A model generated the notes under the pieces. That model was not told where the DNA came from, searched no databases, and saw nothing but the letters and a program-made list of their open reading frames with translations. Made by a program: the position numbers and the translations under genes. From assembly GCA_032718475.1 (NCBI GenBank), contig JAUCBJ010000657.1:22052-86051 (forward strand): DNA of 64,000 nt. The letters are read 5' to 3'. Origin of the DNA: Nemertoderma westbladi (taxonomy: Eukaryota > Animalia > Xenacoelomorpha). Below, piece after piece: positions 11,958-23,947 of the stretch (the first letter of the stretch is position 1; every line of letters starts with the position of its first letter).

Positions 11958-12108
11958 ATTTGAATTATTTTGTAAATTCGGGCTTGGATCATTATTTAAA
12001 TTATTTGAATTATTTTGTAAATTCGGGCTTGGATCATTATTTAAATTATTTGAATTATTTTGTAAATTCGGGCTTGGATCATTATTTAAATTATTTGAAT
12101 TATTATTA
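11958..12108. repeat. 45-bp tandem repeat x3 in gag (NNLNNDPSPNLQNNS)
   Basis: TTTGAATTATTTTGTAAATTCGGGCTTGGATCATTATTTAAATTA x3. Confidence 0.9.
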
Positions 12109-13359
12109 TTCTCTAAATCTAAATTACCACTCGGATTATTTTGCACGTTCAAATTGAAATTATTATCTGTATTTAAATTTAAATTATTGCTACTAGGTAA
12201 AGTATTATTTGCTGCAATAAAGGTTTGGTTAGAGTTATCCCATACGGTACTATTAATATTAACAACGTCTACTGTAGCATTATCATTATTACCTCCCCCA
12301 CCCGTACGGTCACACCAGTTTTGGGTCTGTCGTGCAGTCCCTGTAAGTGGGGTATTAATAAATTATCCACGGCCCCTGGCTCCCCTAAAATACTCGAGCC
12401 AGTCCCGCTCTCAGACGCCCCCGCCCGCACCAGTTGCAGCTCGTGCGTGCGTCTAATCCTATGTTCCGCAAGCTCACTTTGGCGTCTCTCTAATTCCTTT
12501 TGCTCTCGTTCAGCTTCTGCCATTCTCCTCTCACACTCCCGCGCGTCCTGGTCAGCCAACTCTGCTACTCTCCTAGCGCTCTCCCTTCGCCTCGCTTCAC
12601 GCTCCTTGCGTTCACTTTCCCGTCTCGCCTCACGCTCCTTATGTTCCGCCTCACGCTCTTTGCGTTCCTTTTCCTCTCTCGCCTCATGTTCCTTACGTTC
12701 CTTTTCCTCTATTTCCTCACACTCCCTAAGGCTTCTCAAAGCCCTTTCGGCCCTCTCTACGGTTTCTCTAATCAATGCCGTTTCCCTCTCTAGCCGCATT
12801 CTCCCCTCTTCTAGCTGTTTATCCATTTCCCTCTGACCTTGCTCTATCAGGTCGAGACGGTACGCGGCACCTATCTCTCTCACCAGTCTTTCTTTCGCGG
12901 AGGATGTAGCAGACTTATCGGTTACGACGGACTCCCTCCGCCTTCCCGATCTACTAACTTTCCCCCTCCTCCCGGAACTCCCTCCGACCGACGAGACCGA
13001 ATCCGCGGGGTCAACCTTGGATTCACCCTCCTCAGGTCTGTTCCAACCCACTAATTTTATACCCCGGGCATCGATTAAGTATGGCCCTATGTACACTACA
13101 CTAGGTTGTATACCCCAGTGCCGCCATGAGTCATACAGTTCCTCGGCAACCCTTATCGCTCTTTCCTCGGCCAATTCTCTCTGCCCGAAGCGCATTAGAT
13201 AATATAAATGTCTGTCCGACTTACCTAGTCCTGACTTTAGTTTTACCTCGTCTATCGTTTTCCCCTTTCTGGCCTCCTCTAGTAGTCTCCGGGTCGCGTT
13301 GTAGGCCCGTCGAAGTCGATCGGAGACCCCGACATCCTCGTCGCCTACCTCTCCTCCGT

Positions 13360-13563
13360 CTCTCCGGGTTCAACGTCGTACCGGCGGCCCCACCGTCGCC
13401 GTTCCGGTGGGCCGTCCGTCGCCCTCGGCCTGTGCCTGGCCGGCGACATCGGTATTGACATCTCCGACGTCTCTCCGGGTCCGGCGTCGTACCGTCGGCC
13501 CCACCGTCGCCATCTCGGTGGGCCGTTCGTCGCTCTCAGCCTGTGGCTGGCCCGCGACATCGG
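13360..13563. repeat. 111-bp GC-rich tandem duplication in the gag N-terminus
   Basis: TCTCCGGGT..CGTCGTACCG.CGGCCCCACCGTCGCC at 13361 and 13472. Confidence 0.8.
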
Positions 13564-13889
13564 CACGTCGACCCTCGTTCCGTGTCGACTCGTCTTTTTC
13601 TCCCTCCGTCTCGCTCTCTCCTTCTCTTGGCTCGACCTCGGGTTCCAGGCGGCCCCCCTCATCCTGGACTGCCGGATGACCCGTTACCGATGGGTCCGGC
13701 GTTGTGGGCCTGTACCGCCTGGTTGCGGCCTCGCGGAACGTTGATTCTTCGTCCGGGGTCCGCGTCGGCGTTGTCTCTCCCGACTGGCTCATCTCGCTTG
13801 GTGGTTGGTGGCTGGTGGTTTAGCTGGCTAGGGGAACAGTTCCGATTTAATTACTGAGTTTAGCTAGGGCAGCAGTTGGCTTTAATTAC

Positions 13890-14441
13890 TGTGACAGGAT
13901 CCAGGAAGGATCCCGATTTATCCGGTTGTTTAATTCACTCGTCCCCGCCGTGCGTATGAAAGGTAAAAAGGGAATCCGTGTCGTTCGTTGTATATAATAA
14001 CTGATATAGATATAGGGTATATAGATATAGGTGTACGGATAATGTTGTCGTATACAGAAGGCGGGATATGGTAATTAAAGTCCCGGTCCTTCCCTAGCTA
14101 AACTAACTAACCTAAACTAGCACCAATATTACACTGAGATAACTGAACTGATATGATTACTGCCAAGTGGTTATATTGCACGGTTGGCCTTGTTACTCTA
14201 CCTAATCGATGCCCTTCCCCCCTCTGATTGGTTGATACCCTTGTTGGCGCCCTTTGGAGTGTTCCCGTTCACTCCACCTGTTCTCTCTGGGTTAGGGGTT
14301 TGGCCCCTGACCCTCATTGTGTGCTTCTCCTTCCCATTCTTATTGGGGTGGCACGAGTGATTGATTACCCAATCTCGTGGCCCCCAATATTGCTTGTCGG
14401 CTTAACTTTATGGGGTGTTAGCGGGATTGAATAAGCTAACA
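13890..14441 (-). repeat. Candidate 5' LTR (TGTTAG...TCACA)
   Basis: TGT...ACA ends; abuts a truncated RTE RT exactly at 14441/14442; 98 nt upstream of the gag ATG. Confidence 0.55.
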
Positions 14442-15905
14442 ATTTTCAATGGTTGTCAAGATTCCATCAACATTAAAGGTCATGAATTCGGTCTTTGTAG
14501 CATTTATATGCAATCCAACCTCCCTAGCAGCCCTCTCCACTTTATTTAGTAGAAGCTGTGCATCTGCTAGGGTATTAGAGAGCAGGGCGATGTCATCCGC
14601 AAAGTCGGTGTCTGTGACTCTTGTTGCCGGATATCTACTACTTCTGCGTTCTTGAAGTGTGAATCGCAGGTCTTCACCCTTTGTGGCCATCCTCATTGCG
14701 AAATCCAGCACAATTACAAATAGTAATGGTGCTAATGTGTCACCTTGCAGTACGCCAGCCAGGATTGAGAAAAACTCAGCTTCACCATCTGGTGAGAGTA
14801 CCTGCGCTTCTGTGTCACAATATAACAATCCAATGCCAGCAACAATTACTTCTGGTATTCCATAAACTCTTACGATTTCAAGCATTTTACCTCTATGGAT
14901 GGAGTCAAATGCCTTCTTGAAGTCCACAAAAGTCATGACAGCGGGGAGATTCTTTGACTTCATTCCTTCAATCAGTCTCCGTAGTGCAAGTATCTGAGCT
15001 ATTGTTGATCTACTTGGTCGAAATCCGTTTTGGCTCTTATGCAGTAGTTTCTCTATGTAAGGCCTAATCCTATATAGAATCATTTTATTGTTTATTTTGG
15101 CAGCTACCACAAGCAGCCAGATCCCACGATAGTTTGTTGGTATGCCGAGGTTTCCTTTCTTGGGGAGAGGCTTTAGTTGACCTTTAGTCCAAATTAGTGG
15201 TGGCTTTTCCCCTTTTAACATCCGGTTGCAAACATTCAATAATGGTCTGTTTACCACTCCGGTTTTCCATACCTCCGCTGGGATTTCATCTAATCCACTC
15301 GCTTTATTATTGGACATGCTTTTAATGCTTCTTTGGAGTTCGGCAGGTGTGAAGTCCCCTGTTTCTATAGGTAGTGTCTTGTCATATATTTTCCTTGTAG
15401 GGCCGACCTCGATGTTTGGTGGCTGCCCAAGCAAGTTGCTGAAGTGATTTTTCCACTTCCCAACACGTTCTTCAGGACTATCGGCTTTGAGGTGCCCCTT
15501 TGCATAACTTTTCCGACCAGATACCTCATTTACAGTTTGCCAGGTAAGTCTTGATTGTTGCTGTATGTGAGCAGTTGTAATTGCTTCAGTTGTATCCTGT
15601 ATGTACTTTTCCTGGCTGATGTTGAAGGCCAATTTAAGATCGTCCTTAGCTTTCTCAACCTTGTTAATGTTTTCGGTTGTTGGTTGTTCGGTTTTAATTT
15701 TGTAGGCTATCTTAAGATCTTCTCTCTTACAAGTAACCTCAGAGTTTTGCCATGGCACATATTGTTTTCGTTTGGGTTTCTGGGGGATATGCCTCTTAGC
15801 TGATTCCTTGTGGGCTGTTATTATATTCTGGTATATTGAATTGGTGGATTGGTCTTCATCCATTGACTGAAGTGCTTCAAAGCGGTTTTGAACTTCTACT
15901 GTATA
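14442..15905 (-). mobile_element. RTE-type LINE reverse transcriptase fragment
   Basis: VEVQNRFEAL, KASGLDEIPAE, NYRGI, QNGFRPSRST, FVDFKKAFDSI, GVLQGDTLAPLLF, FADDIALL. Confidence 0.9.
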
Positions 15906-16720
15906 AGCATATATAGATAAAAAGAGACGGTGATGTGTTTCAATCAACCATTCCAAATATAATATGTCTTCAGAAGTGATGGTTGTCAACATGCATATTG
16001 TAACAATATTATACAACTTCAGAAAGGACAACCAATTTTCGTTTCTTTCATCAAACAAATCACCCAAAACAATTGGTAGCATTTTCATCAATACAAGCAT
16101 TTGTACAGCAGTTTGACACATTGCATACAAATCGTTCGACTGTAGTTTTTTAATTTTGTTTGGTAAATCCCGTTGCTCATTTTCTGTAAAGTTATAATCC
16201 TTGATACGTCTATTCAATTCATTAATATTTATTAATTTTTGCTCACAAACTACATAATTAAGCAAAAGTTGAACTTCTCCACTTATAACCCCTTCCTTCT
16301 AGCATATCATGATGGAAATCGTGTACGATGCATGTTGCCAACAGAAAAAAACGGAACGTTCTGTAAGGAGCTAGGTCCATTAATACTATATATAATTGAA
16401 TTTTCTTTGCGCTTGCTTATAGATAAGGTCGAATTTAAAACTAAAGAAAGATGAGTTAGATATATAGCTTCAGACTGCAGATTTAGACTAGCAACGTCAC
16501 TGAAATCCGAAATTTCACTGCGCTTAATCATACAGCTTCTACAGAAGCAAGTAGCGGATGCACTCTCTTTAAATCCACCTATAAGGGCAGCAGCTGGGTT
16601 ATCCGCAATCAGACACAACAATGAACCAAAATATTTGTTTCCTGAAAATAGGTAACCCTTTGAAAGTACTTCCATGGCATTATTGAAGTTTGATAAGATA
16701 GAAGAAAGATGCAGTTGTAT
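15906..16720 (-). mobile_element. CACTA/EnSpm-like transposase fragment
   Basis: ADNPAAALIGGFKES...FCRSC; QTAVQM..L...LP..LGD......W..FL.L..IV...L..LI..HH.LF...Y; frameshifted. Confidence 0.65.
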
Positions 16721-16725
16721 GTCTC

Positions 16726-16907
16726 TATAACTCGAAAACTACCCAATATTTTTGAAAACGGTTTTCACTACTAGGAAGACAATAGATTTTTAGGAAAAGT
16801 GATAAAATTTCAGATTCCCAACTGCGTTTGTTTCAGAATTATAATAAAAAAACCACGGGGGGTCATATTGACCCCCCCCCCCCCCCCCCCCCCCGGGTTT
16901 AATAGGG
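16726..16907 (+). mobile_element. Right-end fragment of piggyBac-type MITE family A
   Basis: Matches ~26341-26516, including G-run/TCATATTGA/C-run and TAATAGGG end. Confidence 0.85.
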
Positions 16908-16923
16908 TTGAGTTCTTCGACCA

Positions 16924-18720
16924 GTGGGGGTAGGCGATTTGATTCGCCTAATAGAACCAGCGCACCGTGGAGAGAAGTTTGGCGGTACTCCCATTGTTGT
17001 TATAGAAGAGGCACCGATAAAAATAAATGTATTGAATGTACCGCGGAAATTAATAGGCATGAAGACAATAACGGATACAATGGAGCCGTTTACCATTGTA
17101 ATCAATGACTTACAACTTCAAGGAGTAAGTTTACACAATTTTCTTACACTTTAAGTCTTGCTGTATAAATTAATGATTACTAATGTATTTTTTTAGAAAA
17201 TATTTATTACATACTATGCAACGGATTTAAAGCTAAAAAAAGTTTTAATAATGATTTAGGCAATAGGTTATTGTGAAGCTCCAGATAAAATTTGGAAATT
17301 AAAAATTTGACACAAAATTAAAAATGTAATTAATAATGACATATGAAAAATTACACCATTTTTCATTATGTTGAACTATATTATTTACAGAGCAGTCGAC
17401 TGAGGTTATAAAGGATCTGAAGGAGGAAAACCAATGTAAAATAAAAAAGCTTATGGAGAACTTAATGAAAATGTTAAAGTAGCTGGGCAGAAGTTAAATT
17501 AATTTATTTTATTTATTTAGTTAATTTATTAATTAATTTATTGTTCGACTCCACTCACAATAAAAAATAAAATCGTCTGCATATTGAAATAAATTTGTTT
17601 TTAAGTACCTTCCCTAATAATTAATTAATTTAAATTTTAGACAACAATAAAATCAACTCATCGTGGGATTGTATGCGACGGCCTCTATGGTTATTTCAAC
17701 CGATGCCCATGTTTTGCATCGCAAATAACGAAGGACATTCGTTGGGTAATTCAGAATGATGTTATTCTCGAAAATGTACCAGTGGACACAGAGGGAAACC
17801 CAATCCGACAGGGTGTTTTTCCCTCCAGTCGATTCACGTCCCTTTTCCTGGGACCGGGAGCAATGAACGTTTGTTAATTATAATATTTAATTTTATTACG
17901 TAATTTAAAACCTTAAATAAAATATGATACAATGTAATTAAACATAAACATAGATAATTAAAATAATTATTTATTTCGCAGGTCCAAGAAAAAAATATTT
18001 GATCGGACGCACTGTAGTTTATTTTTCTTATTATTTTAATATAAAGAGGAGAATTAAATTATTAAATATATTTCTTTCAATGAAATGCACACTGCAGAAA
18101 TGTTCATGGAATAGTTTTTAGTAACCAAGGCCCTGCCAGGCCGGGACTTACATTTCATTTTTTTTAACCTAACAGGATAAAATAAAATTTTCATAATTCT
18201 CTGTTTTTCTTTTCTTTTATATTAACTTTTCTAGAGCATGTTATAACAGGGATTAAATATAGACTGCTCCTGGGAGCAGTTAGGTGAAGATAATGTATGT
18301 AAGGGTGGAGGTCTGTTGTCCAGTGGTTTAAGTTACAATAATATAAATTCGGCATCTTGCCGCCTTCATGAGTATGGTTGTAAATTATTAAGAATTAATA
18401 TTGCGGCAAACTGCCACATTTTTAAGGGTTGTTACGGAAACGGTTCATATTATGTTTTTCCTTATGTGATGAATTAATTTTAATTCTTTTTTTTATTTAG
18501 TCCAAAACTCAGGCATTAACAAATCGCCAAGTGCGGCGACATGTCAATCAACAAATACAACAATATAATGGGCAATGGAATGTGGTTGGATGGTCCAAAT
18601 CGAGCAGTTTTGGAGCGGATGAAGAAGGGGGGACAATGTTTGGCACATCAAAATTGCACATAACATCTGTTCGACCCATTCAACCGTATCAGTTTCAGCT
18701 TCTAATCCTTCTAAATCAAA
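16924..18720 (+). pseudogene. Possible degraded multi-exon gene of unknown family
   Basis: GC-richer blocks separated by short very AT-rich gaps with GTAAGT and TTTTAG/TTACAG/CGCAG boundaries; last block ...WNVVGWSKS...KLHITSVRP. Confidence 0.3.
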
Positions 18721-19002
18721 CTGCATGTATTTCTTACCATATAAATTTGGACGTGCAGGAGATGTATTTCTTAAAGTTTGTTATGAAAATTATTAACATT
18801 TACGTAACGTTAAATAAAATGCAATTTCTAATTCGGTATTAATTGCATGGCAGGAGCACCCAGATATATTAAGACCCCATAGTAGTATAAAATATTATTA
18901 TGTGGACAGTGATGAGGATCGGATTTATTATTTACTGTAGTTCGCCAGATTATCTTCCATGACCAGGGATGATGTCGTTATGGAACGTGAGATGGAACGT
19001 TA

Positions 19003-19162
19003 TGCTATTAGATACAGAACGTGACCCCGCTCCAGGGCAGTGCTATTAGATATGGAACGTGACCCCGCGCCAGGGCAGTGCTATTAGATACAGAACGTGA
19101 CCCCGCGCCCGGGTAGTGCTAATAAACATGGAACGTGGCCCGCGCCCGTGTAGTGCTATTAG
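19003..19162. repeat. 38-bp minisatellite x4
   Basis: TGCTATTAGATACAGAACGTGACCCCGCGCCAGGGCAG at 19003, 19041, 19079, 19117. Confidence 0.9.
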
Positions 19163-19249
19163 TTTTGAATGGATAAAAGTTACACAGAGTTAGAACAAAA
19201 TTACACCTTGGATAATAAATGTGCTTTTAATTTATTTTGAAAAATAGGT

Positions 19250-20040
19250 TTGGATTTTGACTGCCGCAGACTGGTATCTATTGAGTTCCATAAAGTAGCT
19301 CCCTCATATTTTAAGCCTCTTTGTGCAACCAGTAATCGAGTTCGTGGAACAAACAATTTATTATCTGAAGCTGATCTTGTATTGTATGAATGTACCGTAT
19401 TTGTTTTTTAAAATTTAGAGTCAAGAACATATTAGTGGTCTGCATAAAGTGCGGATAAGTAATGGTTTGCTGATAAAGGTAGCTGTACCAGGTGCCAGTA
19501 GAACCCAGGAAGACTCCACCAATCTACAGAATAATCTGTGATTTGTGTGTATTGTACACTTCCCTAATATTTACGGCTGTACCACCCCTGTCCATGTTTC
19601 CATTATTGGCTGTTGGTTATAATTGGTTTGTGATATCCATCAAGGTGTAGCAGGGGATGATCCGTGTCATCCTTTAGAAATGTTTCAGTCAAGCACAGTA
19701 CATCGAATTGTTTAGAAAGTACGTCTAAAGTAGTATCGCATAGGTTTTTCCATATACTTCTGCAGTTTAGATGGAATATTTTTAACGGTTCCTTAACTGT
19801 GTTTGTTTAGAAGAGAGTTGAAGGATTCATAAGTGAAATAATGTATTAATTATTGTAGAAATGAGATAGATTTATATCAGGATCAATTGCTCAGAAGTGG
19901 CTGTTAGAAGCAGATAGATCAATAGGATCAAGAACTTCGTTACCAGTAGAAAATTATTAGAATCAGAGTTAGGAATATCATGGATAGAAAAAGCATGGTG
20001 GACAGCCCATGACTTGAAAGATTAAAGGACACTGGCCTTG
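19250..20040 (-). mobile_element. Degraded CR1/L2-group LINE remnant (paralog at ~54300-55110)
   Basis: HLNCRS...SKQFDVL..TETF endonuclease start, similar to 26990-27090; HSYNTRS 3' motif. Confidence 0.6.
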
Positions 20041-20357
20041 AACATTCGGAAAATCTCGTGGAAGTCATTGGAGATAGGGATTTGTACTGGCAATAGTGTG
20101 TTGTTAAGACGGCAATAGCATTCTTCAACATTTGAATTATTATGTCAAAAAGTTAAATATATGATCATTATATTACATTATATTATCATTATATATGATC
20201 ATGATATGATTATTTATTATGTTAAATAATTTAATTATTTCAAATATGTTTAATAAATATTAAATAAATGTTAAATATTTTAAATATGTTGTAAAATTAT
20301 ATTATTTTTATATATTTAAAGTTAATTTCCGAAAAGTATTATTAAAGTCAAATATTA

Positions 20358-21249
20358 TTATACATCACTTTTTCCACGGCAATGAAACACCCATTTGTTT
20401 GCTGCTTTCCTATAACTTGCAACAAATATGTACATCACGTAGAAATTTAAACTAAAAACAAAAGTAGATATATTCGAAACGTATGCAGAAATATATGCGG
20501 CGTAACGCAATGCTGTATAATTAGTAAATTCTTCTATTTCTGTGGTCAATGGATTGATACTATTCTCAAGACCCTTCTGGTACACCCAGATGGTATGCCA
20601 CACAATACTCGCTATATCTTTAACACACATTAATATTGTTGTTATTAGCATCATCTTTACTGCTGCAACCAATTTTATGGTCGATGGTGAATTTGGCGTT
20701 AATTTAACCTGTTTCCTTAACTTATATATCATTAAGCCATTTATTAAAGAAACTAATACAACTTGTGCGATCCTACGTATAGGTTTAAAGGTATCCAGAA
20801 AAGCGAAACCCCTGTCTACATGTATATTAATAGCTCTATAGTAATCTTCTAGAGCTAAATAATTTCTAACACCATCAATATATCTTATCTCACCAACAAA
20901 CAGTACTAAATATGGCCAATATAGCAGAGCTGATTTTATAATTGTAAATAATACAATGAAATATATCATGTTCTTATTTTTAAATTTCGTATCTTTATAC
21001 CAAACTGGGAAATATAGTGCAGCGATTCGTTCTGCGCCCATAACTAGTATTAGAGTTGAATCTACCTGCTGAAACCACCAAGCAAAGATAGGCCAGGTAA
21101 CTAGAAACAACCAGTAAGCGACATTAGGTCAGTACAGAGTTACAAAGTATCTATCATTAAGATTGTGCACAGTGTAATGGGTATACCACCACCCAAAATT
21201 AATACCAAGCAAAAAAAACATACCCATTGATATTAGAATATCAAGAACA
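20358..21249 (-). pseudogene. Rhodopsin-type 7TM GPCR copy 1, 5'-truncated with internal TGA
   Basis: Near-identical to 55323-56212; GAERIAALYFP, NFYVMY; TGC>TGA near 21129; similarity stops at 21249. Confidence 0.85.
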
Positions 21250-21254
21250 AGCAA

Positions 21255-21780
21255 CAATGCAACAACAAGCAGCCTTCACACCATTTAAGAATCTGGAGGA
21301 GATATAGGAAGTGTTTCCACTTCATATTCAGTAGCAGATAGAGCACATCGTTCAATTGTTAAATAACTAGGTAATGTATATCATGAACCATGGACACCTC
21401 CAGAACTATGCTCCCTTCAGTGGGATAGTAAGCTACTGGGGACATTATTAAATAAATACCAATCCGAAGATAGAGTAACTATGCCCATTGTTGACTCTAC
21501 CAATTTGAAGTTCCTTGGGCTTGGAGTACCAAGTTACAAAACTGGTTCTGATCAGTGTTCTGGTGATATAATTGCTGGTCTGACATCTTCTTTACATCTG
21601 ACATCTCCATCTTCCTTAGAAAAGGAAATCTGTTGATAACATTGTCACTACGACATTTGATACAACAACTTTAAATACTGGTCATTTATCAGCTGCTTAC
21701 ATCTCTATTCAGGGAAGGATTAACTAACACCTCTTATGGTCTGGATGTTGTCACCATATAGGGGAACTTCTGATTGGACA
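21255..21780 (+). mobile_element. hAT-like transposase remnant (copies at ~36556-37075 and ~40945-41455)
   Basis: LQWDSKLL...FDTT..NTG...W.GC.H motifs across frameshifts. Confidence 0.55.
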
Positions 21781-22205
21781 TGTATTTGAGGACCTGAAAA
21801 TTGAGGCATCAAAATCTTTGATATCAAAATATCAGATTCTCTCGATTTTATACCGTTTCTGGTGTTCACAATGCCCGGCCTCGAAAACTCATGGATACGA
21901 ATTTCTTGCACCAAACATAAATCTTTAATAATAGGTATGATATACAGGACTGACCCTATTTCCCATAACAATTATATACTACTTGATTCTACTTTAAACA
22001 AATTAACTTCTCTAAATCTCGATGCCGTTTTAACTGGTAACATAAACATAAATTTACTTAAACCCACAAAAAATTGAGTTCACATAGAATACATAGGTAA
22101 AACATAGAATAGAAATACATAGATCTTCTAGGTTCTTATGGCTACACCCAGCTAATTAAACATCCCACTCGTATAGATGCAGTTACAAAATCTTAATCTC
22201 TTTTA
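21780..22205 (+). mobile_element. LINE AP-endonuclease remnant (duplicated at ~37.1 kb and 41.5/43.3 kb)
   Basis: ENSWIRI...IIGMIYR...LTGNININLL...QLIKHPTR. Confidence 0.65.
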
Positions 22206-23084
22206 GAGATTTATAACTCTATAATAATGTCACGTGCCTTAACAAATAGGGGCTTCAAGCACTCATCCACAATGGATATATTACTATATGATGTGGTTGC
22301 TAACCTCCAAGACAGTGGAGAAAAATTTGAATCATGTTGCAGCGCAATCTTTGTATCAATGGAAACCTGGTATTGATTGCAAGTAATACTTAATTTAAAA
22401 CACCAACATATATGGATACAAGTGGTTTTACCAATCACCTCGGAATTATCAAATTGTCAATATAATCGATTTCAATAACTTTTGACTTTTATTTAGCCAG
22501 TTCGTCGATTGCTTGTCTTGTTGTCTAATAGCTACCATTATTGGCAGTTCCATATGAAATAAGTCTCACATTGCCTGAACTGTTGGTGACAAAATATGAA
22601 AGAAGATATATCTTTAGTCTTTGTGATGAAGCATATTGATGAAACACTATAAACCTATCAACTTATGGTGATACAAACATTGATAAACACAAACTTATAG
22701 ATTTGAAGTCGAAGTCAATTATTAAAAAAATCCTTCGTCTACTCCTGGTATTGATAATGAATTAAAGAAGGATCATGGGATGCATCAGATCGTAATGGAG
22801 CCAACCCACCCGTGTCACATCAAAAACAGCTACTGTTATTGATCAGGTATTTGTTTCAGACATCAGTTAAATTTACAATCATGGCATAGGAAAAGAAAGG
22901 ATCAGCGACCACTATACGGTGTTCATGACACGTAAAAGACAGAAAAGACTACCTAGTATATCCATGAGAATGAAGTGTATTACATATAAATCATAATCAA
23001 AGGAAAACTGTCCAGCTAATCAATTTGCTTACAATCACAGACAAACGGGGTGGGGGGTACTTTGGCACATCCACGTTTCTTTTT

Positions 23085-23360
23085 TCAATCAACACTACCA
23101 GAGCTTCTCGGTTGGCCATGTTTCTTTGCAACAGAAACACTCTTATTTGACTTACATAGTGATTCGGCTTCTTGAGACTTAAATTCCAAAAGGTCTACCT
23201 GCCTTTTCTTAGGAATTCCAGGATCGGTGCAGTTGGACCTGAATGTTAACCATGAGTTGCATATAGCCATATCTAAGAAATGGGCAAAGAACTTGCAGTA
23301 TAACTTAGTAGACATGTAGCAGTAGACATGTATGGTAATGCTGCGATTATCATACCACTT
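23085..23360 (-). mobile_element. piggyBac transposase fragment
   Basis: KWYDNR joined to KFFAHFLDMAICNSW...LLEFK...AESL. Confidence 0.65.
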
Positions 23361-23880
23361 TATCACTATCCTTAAAGAAGAGCTTCAAACCCTTAAAAAA
23401 TCTCACAAGGACCTCGAACAATACACTCGACGCAATACCATACTTCTACACGGACTTAAAGAGGACCGACCGGTTAGCGAAACAGGTAATGACCGACAAT
23501 TTGTCGAGAAGCTTTTATCGCACTCAAGGTATGGCATCACAACAGGCCAGATCGACATCGTCCACCGTGTGGGAGCTAAACGAGACAATCGCAACCGACC
23601 CAAAATTATACGATTTATCGGACACGCCCAAAGGAACCAACTGCTCTACATCCCCAAGAAAGACCACCCGGAACAAATGAAGGGGCTCTACTTCACAGAG
23701 AACCTGATCCCACAGTGCGCTGCCATTCTCAATAAGGCGACGGACGCCAAGAGAAAACAACTCAACTGCTCCACTCCGCATACTCCCGAAATGGAAACGT
23801 ATATGTCAAATACGATAGAGAGACCCCAGCAAAGCAGATCCCAACCGTGGACGCCTTAAATAATCTGCTGAAGTCGACTA
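23360..23880 (+). mobile_element. LINE ORF1 fragment (L1/Transposase_22-like RRM)
   Basis: DLEQYTRRNTILLHGLKE...IDIVHRVG...RPKIIRF...FTENL. Confidence 0.8.
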
Positions 23881-23947
23881 CTATTCCAAAGTAGCTCCAG
23901 AAAGATCGAGAATCGGAATGTATCTCAACCCTTTTTCACGGCTTTCT

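Larger units (their letters stand above)
5680..13792 (-). pseudogene. Disrupted BEL/Pao gag-pol polyprotein (long N-terminal extension, DUF1759-like capsid, CCHC, protease, RT, RNase H, integrase)
   Basis: ORF pieces 13370..13792, 12269..13195, 11442..12152, 10586..11365, 7750..10593, 7357..7734, 5680..7275; motifs FDG, CSRCVMSGHRAREC, LVDSGA, FYVDDG, FSDAS, WTDS, NPADLLSRG, GVDMFGP/SNNGTNF (D>N)/ERL. Confidence 0.93.

Noticed and set aside
5807-13857. Many plus-strand ORFs (e.g. 11503..12456, 8399..9073)
   Set aside because: Antisense shadows of gag-pol with no independent motifs
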